NCBI RefSeq assembly: GCF_009914755.1
Contig: NC_060937.1
Length of the DNA stretch: 64,000 nucleotides
DNA from: the human T2T-CHM13v2.0 reference genome, Homo sapiens
Direction: 5' to 3' (one strand)
Made by a program: the position numbers and the translations under genes. Of this stretch, positions 13,542-27,670 are shown piece after piece. Below the pieces are notes generated by a model. It was not told where the DNA came from and made no database searches. It was given only the letters and a program-made list of their open reading frames with translations. Within the stretch, counting starts at the first letter, position 1; the number at the start of each line of letters is the position of its first letter.

Positions 13542-15959
13542 GGCTGGGGAAAGACTTCACGAGGGTCCCCTGCCTCCAAATCTAGTGTGCACCTTCCACT
13601 TTTCTTGCTTTGGTATTCTATTGACAAAGACGTGAAATTGATTTATCACGTCTAGCAGCACCAACAGACCAAAATATCAATGCAAAATAGCATCTTGACC
13701 TCATGCTGAGATGTCTGACTTGTGACAATGAAGAACAGCATTCAGTATCTGCAATGATAAGCCAAGCTCCATTGAACAATTTGACACCATGAGTGAAAGG
13801 GCATGGACTAGTACCTTGTTGATTTCTTGCTGCCCTAAATTACCAGATCCTAGGTAACAATTATTATATGTTAAGATTAACTATAAGGTTGACCAGAAGA
13901 TCAACACTCTACCCTACACCTGGTGACAAACACCCATCCACAGAAGAACATCCACCATGCCCAGATAAAGCCATGAAAGATATTCAGGTGTTACAGCAGG
14001 TGGTTATTAAGTGACAGCCACAAGCTGCTATGTTTCCCTCAAAAGTGAAGGCCAAAGCTAATTTTCATACCTAAGATAACCCAAATATTTTTCTTCCTTA
14101 TATGATCTGGATTTTTTTTCTTCTTCAGATCCATATGTATGTTATCATCAATAGAAGCTCCTCAGAATGACCATTACTTATATGAAGACCCAACACACAA
14201 ACTAAGCAAGGGATCCGAAAGATCTCAGTTGAGTTCCAGTTCAGGGTAAGAGGGAGGAAGCACACTCCACCCTTCTTCTCCCACTAAATTCAGCTACAAA
14301 CAACTGGACCAAATGCATCAAGCAGCTATTTGAGAACTTAAAAGGATATGCAGTGGGCAGATTGGAAAGAAGAGTTGAATTGAAAGTATCATAAAATTAG
14401 TGGTGAACATACAAGTTTTTCTTTCCAGTATTCTCTGACTTGAAGTCAGTTCAGCTTGAAACCTGGAAGTGGTCACCTGGACCTGGACAGAAAGAGCTCC
14501 AGGCGAAACTTTTTAGGTCTGACTCGAGAAGTGGGAAAGGGAACTCCTAGAACTCAGAGACAGCTAATGAAGTCTCATTTTTCTTCTTCATTTCCCCATA
14601 CCCTAATCTGTGTAGCCTTGCAGTGGTGGTAGCACCAACCTGCCAGAGGGAAACTGTAAGGGAAGGAAACTTTCCCATTTGCTTGCAGGAGCTGTGGTCC
14701 CTGTTTTTATTATCTCCGTGTACACATACCATCTGTCCACAAACAGGAGTGCAGTTGTGAAAAGTGCATAGAGCAGGGTAACTAAAGGCCCAGCTTTTTG
14801 GCTCGAGGACTAACAAGGGGGGCACCCAGGGAACTGGAAAGGATAGCAGATATTGAGGCAAAGGAGGAACGTGGGAAAATGACCCCTTAAATTGTTTTTG
14901 AACCCCTGGGCTCACCCCTGAGCTGTATGTGAATCTCATCCTAACAGCATACACGGACTTTGAGAATTGAACTACAGAGCAAACCATCACCAGAGTGCTA
15001 GACTGGCCATTGTGGGAGGCACATGAGGTATGGATCCTAATAGCACTTCAAAAGCTTTGAAAACGGAGCTAACTTTGGAAGCACAACTTACAGAAGGCTG
15101 GATGGAACTGATAACCTGAACTCTACCTCACTGACTGCCTGCTGCTGATTATTCATTAGATTTAAGCAAGGCCCAGAGGAGTCTTATGATGTAATATTCA
15201 AAATGCTTAGAACACAATTTAAAACTATTTAGCATACAAAGAATCAGGAAATCCTCAGCTTATATGGGAAAAGCTAATCAACAAACAGTAAAACCATGAT
15301 GACACAGATGTTGCATTTATTTGACAAAAAATGTTAAAAGTAGCTATTGCAGAATGCTTCAGGAAGTACAAGCAGTTACCCTTGAAATTCTTCAAAGAAA
15401 GATGTATCAAAGGAAGAAAAGATACACAGAAGAAACAAGTGGAAATTTTAGAGCTAAAAAATACAATAACCAAAATAACTGGATGGAAATGATGGAGAAA
15501 AAAGTCAGTGAACTTGAAGATAGATCAGTAGAAATTGTCCAATCTGAACAACAGAAAGAAAATAATTTTTAAAGAACAGAGCCTCAGAAACCTAACAGAC
15601 AATTTTAAAAAGGTCTAATATTTTTGTAATAGGCGTTCCAGAGAGAAGAAAGAATGTGGTGCAGAGAAAATATGTGAAGAAATAATGGCTGAAAACTTCC
15701 CAAATTTGTTGAAAGAAATAAACCTACACATTCAGGAAGCTCAGTGAACCACAAACAGGATAAGCCCAAGGAAATTCATATCTAGATATATTCTAATTAA
15801 ACTGCTAAAAACTAAAGACAAAAAATACTGTAAGCAGTCAAAGAAAAATTACACATTACCTATCGGGGAACAACAATTCAAATGACTGCAGATTTCTCAT
15901 CATAAATTATGAAGGCCTGAAGACAGTGGCACATTTTCAAAGTAGTGAAACAAACATCA

Positions 15960-16336
<377 letters not shown>

Positions 16337-16429
16337 AAGAAGATGAAATAAAGACATTCTCACATAAAGAAAAGCTAAAAGAATTCACTGTCTGCAACCC
16401 TGATCTAAAAGAACTGTTAAAGAAATTGC

Positions 16430-17330
16430 TAAGATATGGAACCAACCTAAATGCTTATCACCTGATGAGTGGATAAAGAAAATGTGGTTTTAGATTGGTG
16501 CAAAAGTAATCGTGGTTTTTGCCATTACTTTTAATAAGAAACTCACTGGATGGAAATGACAGAGAAAAAAGTCAGTGAACTTGAAGATAGAGCAGTAGAA
16601 ACTGTCCAATCTGAACAACAGAAAGAAAATAATTTTTAAAGAACAGAGCCTCAGGAACATAACAGACAATTTAAAAAGGGTCTAATATTTTTGTAATAGG
16701 AGTTCCAGAGAGAAGAAAGCCATTACTTTTGCGGTTTTAATGGCAAAACCGCAATTACTTACTTTTAATGGCAAAAACCGCAATTACTTACTTTTAATGG
16801 CAAAAACCGCAATTACTTACTTTTAATGGCAACAACCGCAATTACTTACTTTTAATGGCAAAAACCGCAATCACCTTTGCACCAACCTACTATATATATA
16901 TTATATATATATAATATATATATAATATATAATATATAATATATATATATAAAATATATATATATATAAAATATATATATATACCATGAAATACCACTCA
17001 GCTATAAAAAAGAATAATGTCTTTTGCAGCAACTTGGACAGAGCTGGAGGCCATTATTCTAAGGGGGGTTACTCAGTAATGGAAACCAAATACCGTATGT
17101 TCTCACTTATAAGTGGAGCTAAGCTATGGGTATGCAAAGGCATACAGAGTGGTATAATGGACATTGGAGACTCAGAAGTGGAGAGCGCGGGAAAGGCACG
17201 AGGGATGAAATACTACATATTGGGTACAATGTACACTACTCAGGTGATGGGTGCACCAAAATCTCAGACTTCACCACTTTATAATCCATTCATGTAACCA
17301 AAAACCACTAATACCCCACAAGCTATTTAA
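16430..17330 (+). mobile_element. L1PB-like 3' end, split by MADE1 and (TA)n
   Basis: aagatatggaaccaacctaaatgc...gataaagaaaatgtggt | ccatgaaataccactcagc...aaataccgtatgttctcacttataagtgg. Confidence 0.8.
16490..16890. mobile_element. Rearranged MADE1 (Hsmar1/Tc1-mariner MITE)
   Basis: Left TIR ttagattggtgcaaaagtaatcgtggtttttgccattacttttaat; right TIR aatggcaaaaaccgcaatcacctttgcaccaaccta; (TA)n at the right flank. Confidence 0.92.
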
Positions 17331-17926
17331 ACATATATGTGTGTGTGTGTATGTATGTGTGTGTATATATATGTGTGTGTGTGTGTGTGTGTATATATAT
17401 TTATTTATTTATTTAATGGGAAATGATACCAGAAGAAAACTTAGAATAACAAGAATGAAGCAATAGAAATAGTAAATAACCAAGTAAATATAATAGACTC
17501 TTCTTTCCCTATTGAGTTCTTTAAAGTATATTCAAGGTTAAAAGCCAAAATTATAACATTGTCTGATGGAGGTTGCACGTAGATATGATTCAGAAGATAA
17601 TGACTACATGTGGAGAGGCTAGAGGGATCCAGATGGTTCCAAGGTTTCTACATCCACTTGTGGTGGTTAGATATTGACTCTAACTAGACTGTGAGAAGTT
17701 TGCCTATCATAATTCCCAGACCAACAACTAAAACGTTATTTGAGATGTAGTCAAAAATACAATAAAGCACTTAAAATGGAATACTAAAAAATGTGCAAAT
17801 AACCCAAAGGAAGGTAGGAAAGGGGAGACAGAGGAACATAAACACAGAGAATAGAAAATAATAAAATAGTAGGTCTGAGTTCAAACATATCAATAATTAC
17901 ATTAAATGTAATGTAATGATTTCAAC

Positions 17927-18120
17927 CAGGGGTGACACATATTTCAATAAAAATATAAATTTATTTTTGTAAGTAAAGTTTTATTGCAACACAGCCACAT
18001 TCATTACTTTGCTTATTGTCTATAGCTGCTTTCTCACAACAGCAGAGTTTTGTAAAATGTCATATAGTACACAAAGCCCAATGTTATCTGCTGCTTTCAG
18101 AAAAAGGTTGCCAACGTTAT
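17927..18120 (+). mobile_element. MER58A-like hAT-Charlie DNA transposon
   Basis: caggggt...ttttgtaagtaaagttttattgcaacacagccac...attgtctatagctgctttc...cagaaaaaggttgccaac. Confidence 0.75.
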
Positions 18121-20161
18121 CTAAACAAGCCAATTAAAAGATAAAGATTGTCATAGTATGTGTGGCAATAATGACTATAAAAGCATGATCCACCTATATG
18201 TTGTCAACAAGAAACTGGCTTCAAATATAATGATATACGTAAGTTCAAAGTGAAAGGATGGAAAACGATGTAACATGAAACCACAAATGAAAAATAAACT
18301 GGAGTAGCTATATTCATAGAAGAAGAAGTATGATAGAAGAAGTATCATACAAGAAGAAGAATGATGAAAGGGTCCACTCACCAAGCAGATGTAACAATCC
18401 TAAATGTGTTTGCATCTAACTACAGACCTTTAAAGCACATCAAGCAAAAACTGAGAGAACTGAACAGCAAAATAGGTGAATCCAAATTCTGCTTTGAGAT
18501 TTCAACACCCCTGGCTCAGTAGTAAACAGAAGTTGTAGGCAGAAAATTACCAAGGATATGGAAGAACTGAGTAATACCAACAGGACCATCTTGATGTTTG
18601 TAAAATACTCTACCCAACAACAGCAGAATACACATTCCTTTCAAGTGCACATGGAACATTTGCCAAGAGAGACCACATTCTGGGTCCTAAAACTAACAAA
18701 TTTAAAACAATGAAATTGTACAAAGTATGTTCTCTGACATACTTTGTTGTACAAAAAAGATTTTGTCTCATTGATTTGTGAGTTAAACACAAACCAATAA
18801 GACAATAATAGGAAAATCTTTAAACACTTGGATGTTAAATTACACACTTCTAAGTAAACCATGGGTCAAAGAGGAACTTTTGAGGAAAATTAGAAAATAT
18901 TTTGAACTGATGGAAAATCAAAATACAACATATCAAAATGTGTGGCATATGGCTAAAGTAGTGCCTAGAAAGGTATTTATGGCATTACATGCACATAATG
19001 AAAAAGAAGAAGACTCAAATCAATAAGCTTCTACTTGAATGAAGTAGAAACAGGAAAGCAAAACAAACCCAAAGCAACTAAAGGAAAGGAAATGAAGATA
19101 GGAGGAGAAATTAATGAAATGGAAAACATAAAGATCATGGAGAAAATCAATGAAACTAAAAGCTGGTTCTTTGAAGTGGTCAATGAAACTGATAAACCTG
19201 TAGTAAGACTGACAAAGAAAGAAAAAGACAAAATTGTCAGCATCGGCAATGGAAGAGAGGCTATCCCTGCAGATTAACAAAGAATGAGCTGTTGGTATAC
19301 AGAACAACTTGGATGATTCTCAGAACATGCTGAGTGAAAGAAGCTGGTCTCGAAAGGTTACGCACTGTCTGGTTTCATTTATATAAGATTTTACAAAAGA
19401 AAAAACTATAGTGACAGAGAACAGATTAGTAGTTGCTGGAGGTTAGAGATGGGGGAGTGTGTGCAAAGGGAGGTTTTAGAATAGTGAAGCTGTTTTGTAT
19501 TCTGATTTTGGTGGTATTTATATGCATCTGTATATGTGTTTACATTTATAGCCCTATACACAAAAAAGTCAATTGCACACAAAGCACAAAGTCAGTGTTA
19601 CTGTATGTTAATTTTTATAATAAATTAAAAAAAAAAGCGATAATTCATATGGTTGTTTTTTTATTGTCCTTTGGGTGTTATTGGCTTGAAATTTACAGGA
19701 ACGATAAACATATTTGTGCTCCGTGGGATGAGGGTCTCACTTGTTTGTGGGAACTGATTGTGTCTGTAGTGGGCTAGTTTGCAGTGCTGATTTGAAGTGA
19801 ATAACTTTCAGAGCACTCCCTGCCGTGCTCGTGCCCACTCTGACTTGGCCAGCAGGCACACAGGCACCTCCCCATTAAGATGGCCCAGAGCTCGGCAAAA
19901 ACTCCTGTTCTCAGCTTCACTCTGAAAAGGCTGCAAGAAAAAGATTTGAAAAAAACAGTGAACCTGGGCAGAAATTAATCTTTAGTCTCTCATTCACCTT
20001 CAGTTAGATGGAAATGATCCATGCTAGGAAAGGGAATCACAAGAGTTCAGCATTAGTCTGTTTTGCACCTCCTGCCTCAGGCTGAGTCCTGGAGGACTCA
20101 GTGGAACCCCCATAATTTGGGAGATTTCAGAGTGGTGGGGACCCATGCCTTGCTCACTTCA

Positions 20162-20536
20162 TGCTATGGTCTAGCTCTGTTTCCCCACCCAAATCTCATC
20201 TTGAATTGTAATTGGAATTGTAATCCCCATGTGTTGGGGGAGGGACCTCATTGGAAGTGATTAGATCATGGGGGTGGTCCCCCCATGCTGTTCTCATGAT
20301 GGCAAATGAGTTCTCACAAGATCTGATGGTTTTATAAAGGGCTTTTCTCCACTTTGCTCTGTACTTCTCCTTCCTGCTGCCATGTGAAGAAGGACGTGTT
20401 TGCTTCCCCCTCCACCATCATTGTAAGTTTCCTGAGGCCTCCCCAGCCCTGCGGAACTGTAAGTCAATTAAACCTCTTTCCTTTATAAATTACCCAGTCT
20501 CAGGTATTCACAGCAGCATGAGAACAGACTAATACA
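20162..20536 (+). mobile_element. MaLR solo LTR (THE1D/MSTA-like)
   Basis: tgctatggtctagctctgtttccccacccaaatctcatcttgaattgta...agaacagactaataca; perfect 5-bp TSD cttca. Confidence 0.9.
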
Positions 20537-22469
20537 CTTCACTTGGACTGTTGGTGATTATGGACTTCATTGACTTTTGGTCATAAGCCACAGTGGGAGA
20601 GTGGCAGAGCCAAGGCTGCTGGAGTGGAGAGGTAGCATGAGTCTCCTGGAAGACTCAGAGGGGATGGAGAGCTATGCTGGTACCATCCTCATGCCTGGAG
20701 AAGGGGCTGGGGGAGCCATTAGACCTATAGAAGAGTGGGTCAGAACAAGATGGGACAGGGGACCTACATGGACCTGACCACCAAAGGCCACCTACAGGAC
20801 GCTGCGAGAACACAGCCAAGGACCATGATTCCCACAGCCTGGCTGTGCACTGTGGCCGTGGTGTAAAAGGCAACTCCTCTGGGTCCCTCCAGATGAGCAA
20901 AATGCAAAGGCTGGCAGCCTCAGGAGTGGGGTGGAAAGAGTCCCCTAATACCAGAAGGGAACAAGTGCCTGTTCTTACCGTCATCATACATGTCCTCTCA
21001 AGCAAGGAATCCACTCAGGGTGGAGAAGGAGAGAAGAAAAAACCCAGGAGAGAGCTTTCAAACTGAAAAGTGGCTGGCTTATGTAAGCCTGAATTGAGAA
21101 ATTATTGAGAAATTATGGCATTTTACTCTTTACCTAAAAGCAAAAAGATCACGTTTCCCAATACTGAGGAGAAACAGACATAAGGGTAGGGATTAAAGGT
21201 AGTCAAAGAAAAATAAAATTATACTTTTGAAGTTATGAAGTTCATACATGTCACATGCCTTTTAGAAAAATGTAACTGAAAATAGAAGAAACTGGTGGCG
21301 TGAGTGTTTTTTGACTGGTAATGTGTTCTGGCCTCCAGATGAGGCCCCAGGGCTGTAACAATAACTGTATGTGAGACAGTCTTGCAGATGGAAATTGGAG
21401 CTCATTGCACAGCTGATGAGTGGCAGCACCAGGACTGGAAGGTGGCTGACTGTCACCCTGTGCTCCTTGTCCCTCTGTTCCACACTGCTTCTCACACCAA
21501 GAAGGAATAATGAGGGTGGTCCAGTCACTCAGTTCTCAAGGCACCCCTGCTCCATGGCAGGCAGGTAGAGACACCTTCCATTGGGGAACACTGGCTCAGA
21601 ACAGCCAACACTGACCCTTATGCCAGACAGCCGTGAATCTCAGTGACATTACAGAATAGTTTCAGACTGTAAACTCCCTTGTGCTACTGTGAATTTTGTT
21701 ATTTGAAGCAACATATGTAAACACTTGCTTCATCTTTAAAGACAAATAGTTTGAAGTGGGGAGTTCCCAAGAAGAAGAGGATTCCTCTGCCCTACTCATT
21801 TCTCTGGGGGTTTGACTTGGCATAACCAGTGAGTCGTGATGTGTTGATTGTCTCACTAACTTCCATTCCTAATAGATTGAATTGTTCAGCTAGAAGAAGG
21901 AACACACGAGAGGAGATGGGTTCATGGGTCAGTCCCTTTATCAGTGAAGATAAAAGACATCAGCTTTGGCTGCTGACTCTCATGCTGGAGGGCAGCTGCG
22001 ACTGTCAGCTTGTGCATGCCCCTCTAGGAAAATCTACATTGATTGTAGGAGGATGATGCTGTAGCAAGGGAAGAAAGAGGTGGAACAACCCAAATGAGAC
22101 TTGCAGCTGCCTAGGATCCTTTCTGCAGCTGGGAACCTACAGCTGGGCTCTCAGGGGCATGTATCTGGGCTTCTGCCCAGATACAGGTGCTGGTATTGAG
22201 GAGGAGAGAGGAAGCTCTGTGCCAGGAAAAAACTTAGGACAGATAAAGTAGACTAGATAGAGTGAGAAGAAAGTTTGCAACTGTGGCAAGCAAAGGAGGA
22301 AAATGCCCAAAATTCCCAACACAATAAAGCAAGGTTTGATATTGTGTAAAATTAGAGGCTATAGTGCTTATAGCATATAGCGTAGTTACAGTATAGAAAA
22401 TAACCTGTCAAAATATAAGAATTACTTATAGGTATTGCAACTAAGAGGAATCATATACTGTTTATTCAT

Positions 22470-22706
22470 TATTTTTATTTGCTAACATTTACATATGTTT
22501 ACTATGTGGCAAGCACTGGAGTAAGGCTAACTGTACATTTCCATATTTAATTCTCATGACAGCCTTGTGTGGGCACTGCCATTAGCTTCGAGAGATGAAT
22601 TACTTTGCCTAAAGTCACACTATTAAATTGGAACAGGGCTGGGATCTGAAGCAAGGTCATTCCAACATCAAAGCCCACGTTCATCATGACGTTCTGCTGC
22701 CTCCCA
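22470..22706 (-). mobile_element. MIR remnant
   Basis: ttactatgtggcaagcactg...atttaattctcatgacagcct...gcctaaagtcacac...gggctgggatctgaagcaagg. Confidence 0.65.
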
Positions 22707-22959
22707 GTCGTTTAGGTTTGCAATGATACGATCAAGTGAGAAAACACAATGTAGAGGAAGCACAGAAACTTGTCTCAGCTCTGACCCTCATCTGCACAGA
22801 CCCTTTCTCTGTTTCATGAAGCCTGGAAAAATGTACAGAACCTCTCCCTATTTTGATCACCTCATGAGTAAAGTGAGAATATAATGAGGGTGACGTGAGA
22901 TAATAGACATGAAAGTTGGAAATACTCTATCACGTTGTGCTGATGTCCATCATTCAAGA

Positions 22960-23640
22960 AATAATCATTGCGTGTCTCCTGGGCTGGAAACTCTGCTCAG
23001 AACGGGGAATACAACAGAGAGCAGAACACGCATGCTCTATGCCCTCACAGAGCTGGAGGTGTGTTGGAGGAATCGATCAAGTCACCATGAACATAAATAT
23101 AAAAGGCAGTATCAGGGACTGTGATCCAGTCCAAGAGGTCAGGAAACAATATTGCCTGCAGGTTGGGTGAAGGGAATGGGAGGAACTATTCTGGGGAGAT
23201 GGTTGACAGGTCGGGCCTTGCAGCACCTCCTAAGCAGTGGTGGAGACCCTGGCCCTTATCTAAGAGCAAAAGCGGATCCTCTGAGTGGAGGGTGATCTGA
23301 GAAGACTCACACTTGGGGGACAGATAGGCAGGGAGACTGAAGAGCAGACCATGCAGTAGTCCACATGGGGGAGGGTGATGGGGGCCTGGACCAGCATGGT
23401 GGAGATGGCGTGAAGTCGATGGGTGGTGGAAGAGATAGTTGGGAGGTAAGTTGCCTAGGATTGGTGGTATGTTGGAGTAAGTAGGGAGTAGAGAAAAGGT
23501 AGCTACAAAGGATGAGGTCTAGGTCTTTGGCCCAAAAGAGTGGAATCCACAGAAGTTTATGAACTGAGTTCTCAGACTGTACAGTTTGTGGTGCCTTTGA
23601 AACATCAAGTGAAGGTGTTAAGTAGGCCAAATAAAACTGG
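22960..23640 (-). mobile_element. L2 LINE remnant
   Basis: Purine-rich L2-like tract (ggggaatacaacagagagcag...tgccctcacagagctg...ggcctggaccagcatggtggagatgg). Confidence 0.6.
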
Positions 23641-24222
23641 CGCTCTTAAAACCACTGGCCAGCACATCTTGTCAACATTTGCTTTAAGAAGTCACTGAGC
23701 ACCTGCTGTGAGCCTTCATATGCTGGGTCCGAAAAGATTCTGCCTTCGTGTAAGACACAGCACTTTCCCTTACGGAATTGGCCTCGTTTGTGAGATTAAA
23801 TGAACACATGACACAATGGGAAGATTTAAGTCAGTGTGTGATTAATTACCAAAGATCACAGTGCTCTGGAAATGAGTGGAGAGGCTTCCTGAAAAAAAAA
23901 TAGGCTCAAATGAGAGAAACCTGGCTGACTGAGGGACAGAGGAGAGAGGAGGCAGTGATACAGCAACACGAGCAAGAGAACAGAGTTGGAATAAACACTA
24001 AGCCGTGTGGGGACGCAGCGAGGTTGTAGATTGAGTGTAGATTGCAGTGCACCTATTTGATAATATTGGGCCACAGAGTCTAGCCACTTAACACAGACAT
24101 GTATTTAATGATGGATATATATTCTTTGTATTTTTGGCTGTTTCCTTGGCTTCTTCTAGTCTTGTTAAATGACATACAAGTCATAGCAAATGGCAAACAC
24201 AAGTTTAAATGATAGAAAAATT

Positions 24223-24224
<2 letters not shown>

Positions 24225-24274
<50 letters not shown>

Positions 24275-24297
24275 TTATTTATTTATTTATTTATTTT
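24225..24297. repeat. Compound microsatellite (TG)n(TA)n(TTTA)n
   Basis: Read directly from the sequence. Confidence 0.95.
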
Positions 24298-27196
24298 TCT
24301 CATGCAGGTCTTTAGGCAGTGTAATGCCTACCAGCCATCTTAGTAAAAATCATATTTTAAAATAGATGTGAATACTAAAGGAAAAGGAAAAATGTGAGGT
24401 CTATTTTAAGTTCATGGTCATCTCAAGTATGGGCAGTAGCAGGGTGACCCAGTGAGCTCCTCTGGAGGTCCTGCAGCAAGAGAGAATAAACACTGTGCCT
24501 AGCGAAGGCAGGGACATGTTTCTAAGGCAAGGATGACTAAGTGACTCTTTTCAAATTTTGTTTCACATGGGAAAATGTCTTCTGATTTGAGTAAAAAGTG
24601 TGTCTGTGTAGGGAAGATTTCTCATCCTGGGGCTTTCAGCTTTGCATTCCTGCCACACCAGGCCTGCCACCTTCCCTCCCTTTTGCAGGGCAGAACCAGC
24701 CCATAGCATGTTAGGTCCCATCAGAAGGTGCACGCAGAAGCCCGGCAAGAAGGAATCTCTCTCTGCCAAGAGCACGGACTGTGCCAAGGGAGGGGCAGGC
24801 CATTCAAATCTGCTGGAAAATGAGATGCGGCACCTGGAGATGCAGCATCTTCCAGTTCCATCTGCTTATTACTGTCCTGGATAACCATCCACAGGCCACT
24901 TACATAGAGGAAACATTTGTCTTTAGCTTCTAACTGTCCACTTTTTCTCAGTAATAGGAAAACTTACTCATGCAAAACAGATAAAGTAGTTCAGGGACAG
25001 CCACTTTGGGGCCATTTAAAATAAGTTGACCTATATTGTATATAATTAAACCTGGAGTGGGGTTGCATTTTGAAAAATACCTTTAAGCTAATGAATGCTT
25101 TTTCAGTGCATTCAGCAAAATCCCCAAAGGGAGAAAAAAAATCTGTAGTTATTTATAAAATACTCTATTTCTGTGAATGTATCTGGAGAAAGGTAGACAA
25201 TAAGGAGAAATATTACAGCCAAAAGAATAGTCTTCTATGGGAAGAAACTTTCGTAGTGCAGCAAAGTAATGATGAGTTCCATTTACTTATCCAAGCCCAG
25301 GGGAAATCCCGTGTCCATTAGATTTCTGATATCATCTGAACTTTCTGTTAGAATTATAATTATTTATGACCCTTACTCAATTAAAAATACCAGCTTTTTG
25401 TAATCCAAGATCTGACCTGTTACATTCTGTTCAGAAGAAAATAGCCTCAGAAGCAGGACTTTACCTGGTGCACGCATTCATGATCTGGATGCTGTTTCAG
25501 CATGTAGAGAGGAAACCCAAACAGGCCAAGAGAGGAGCTCAGGCCAAGCTGGATTCTGAATTCCCATGTCCTTTAGCAAAGTCTGGGTCTCTCAAGAGCT
25601 AAAGGATTAAGATAAAGGCCTCTGCTACTCATGATTACCAAGGACCGTGTTCTGTGTGGTTTATTCCTCTTATCTACAGTCCTGACAACAGCTTGGGTAC
25701 ATGAGACCTGTCTGCACAGCTGCTGACATCTCCCCAGGGTACACACTGCTGACATCCAATGCTTTAACGAGACACAGGCTTTCCTGCCAGCCTGGATATC
25801 CTTCAAACATGGCAGCCCCCAGCCTGGGACTCCAGCCAACAGTGCCCCTAGCCTGTCTTAGTTTAAACTGCTTACCTTTAACAGTTATTTCTAGCTGAAA
25901 ACAGACCACAGCTCCTGTTCAAGCCATGCTGGTGGCCTAAAAACACCTAGCTATGCTTTGAAAAGTACAGTTGTGAGGACTGCTATATCAGTTTTTAATG
26001 CTAGTGTTGGGATGCAATTTTAATCCTGATCCCATTCACATTTGTCTGTTCGTTACATTTGTCATGAGGGTCCAGGGTGGACCAGCCACTCTGCTGGGCT
26101 CCAGAGTTCAGCAGGGAGCAAGACCAACACAGGCTTCCAGGCTCCAGTTGTTGGTACAAGATAAAGTCTCAGAAGCATCATAAGGCTGGCTGAAAATGTG
26201 CCGACATTTGTGAGAAATACTAGGCCGTGCTACCACAATACCAGCACAACCCATGTTCTTTTATGGTCCAACCAGAAGATCATGTCTGATTTCATTGTCC
26301 CTGTGGTCCCTAGGGTAGCTCTGTGGCCTGTCCCTGCTCTCTGAAGAGCGATGCTCAGAGCAGCACTGGGTGCTCGGTGTTTCACACCTGCAGATTCCCA
26401 GGATGTCCTTGTGACCCAAATGCCCAGGCACAGAGGAGGCCAAAAAGTAGAGATGTCAGGACCACAAGAAAAGGTCCATGGAAGGAAGCAATTAGAACGC
26501 TCCATAAACCTTTTCTTAGGTGTCTTCCTCTACCCTTCAGAAAGGGCACAAATGGGGACAGGGAATTCCTTTAGCCTCCCTGCCCCATCCAATCCATCCT
26601 TGGCAGTTGCCCCATATTCCCCAGTCTGAAGTCTCTAATGCAAGTTTGCCTGTTGCTGCTGCTGCTGAGCCCTTCCTGGTTGTTGTCTGTCCTTTTTCCC
26701 CAGCTTGGGGACAAATGATTGTCTGGGTAGAGCTGCAGTGTTCTGAGCCAATCAGGGATAGAACCACCCGCACCCAGAATTCTCATCATCTCTTCCAAGC
26801 ATGAGCCAAAGTGAGACATTTTCTTGTTTGCCAAAATGGAAGGACTCCTACCCACTGGGAGAAAGATATGACTCATTTTTCTGATAAAACCTTTCCTAGC
26901 ACTGTCCCACATGGGATGAAGTGAACTGTCTCTCTGTCTCAAACAGGGAATCTCATTTCAGTCCATGTAGCACATTTTATAATGAAGCCTATAATAGCAC
27001 AGGGGCCCTCAGCTTCTTGGACCCTCAGTAAATGTGGGAAAGATAAAGGAGTTACCTACACAGAATGCTCTGAATAAATGAATGAATGAATGAAGAAATT
27101 TAAAATTAATTTTGAATAATGCATGGAGAGAATGCATTACTCAATCCATGCAAAGTGTCAAGGTATAAGACCCTCATCAGGAAAAATCTTTCCTTT

Positions 27197-27670
27197 TGTT
27201 AGAGAAAAAAAGTTATCCTGACACTTGTTAAAACTAAGGTAGACTTTATTCAGGACTATTGTGATCAACATCAAGACTTTTGCAATAGGAGAGGGAGATG
27301 AGACTCAACTGTGAATACTACAAAGACAGCCAGTGACTTATAGCCCATGGGCACGGCAAAGGGTCAGGGGATGGAACATTTCTAAGAGGAGACATCAAGG
27401 GTAAGGGATTTGCACTAATCTGACTTGACAGGTTTCTTGCTGAAGGTAGGACAGGGTGATCAGAGATCTAGGTGAGGGATGAGGACTTTGATCAGCAATG
27501 GAGAGTGATCAGATAACAAGGGCAGGGGCGATTCTCACTAAAATGAGTTAGCCAGATTCTTGCTCCAGCTGGACTGGGCAGGTGGAAGACATGCCTCAAG
27601 GAGGAGGCCTGGTTGAAAAGAGGCTCAGAGGAGTCTAACCAAAGTTTGGTCAAGGAGAGAGACTTTGTCA
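27197..27670 (-). mobile_element. MER31-like ERV1 solo LTR
   Basis: Reverse complement starts tgacaaagtctctctccttgaccaaactttggttagactcctctgagcc and ends ...ctctaaca. Confidence 0.75.

Noticed and set aside
16735-16890. CRISPR-like appearance of the 29-bp repeats
   Set aside because: The units are contiguous with no spacers, derive from the MADE1 TIR and lie in a eukaryotic intron.
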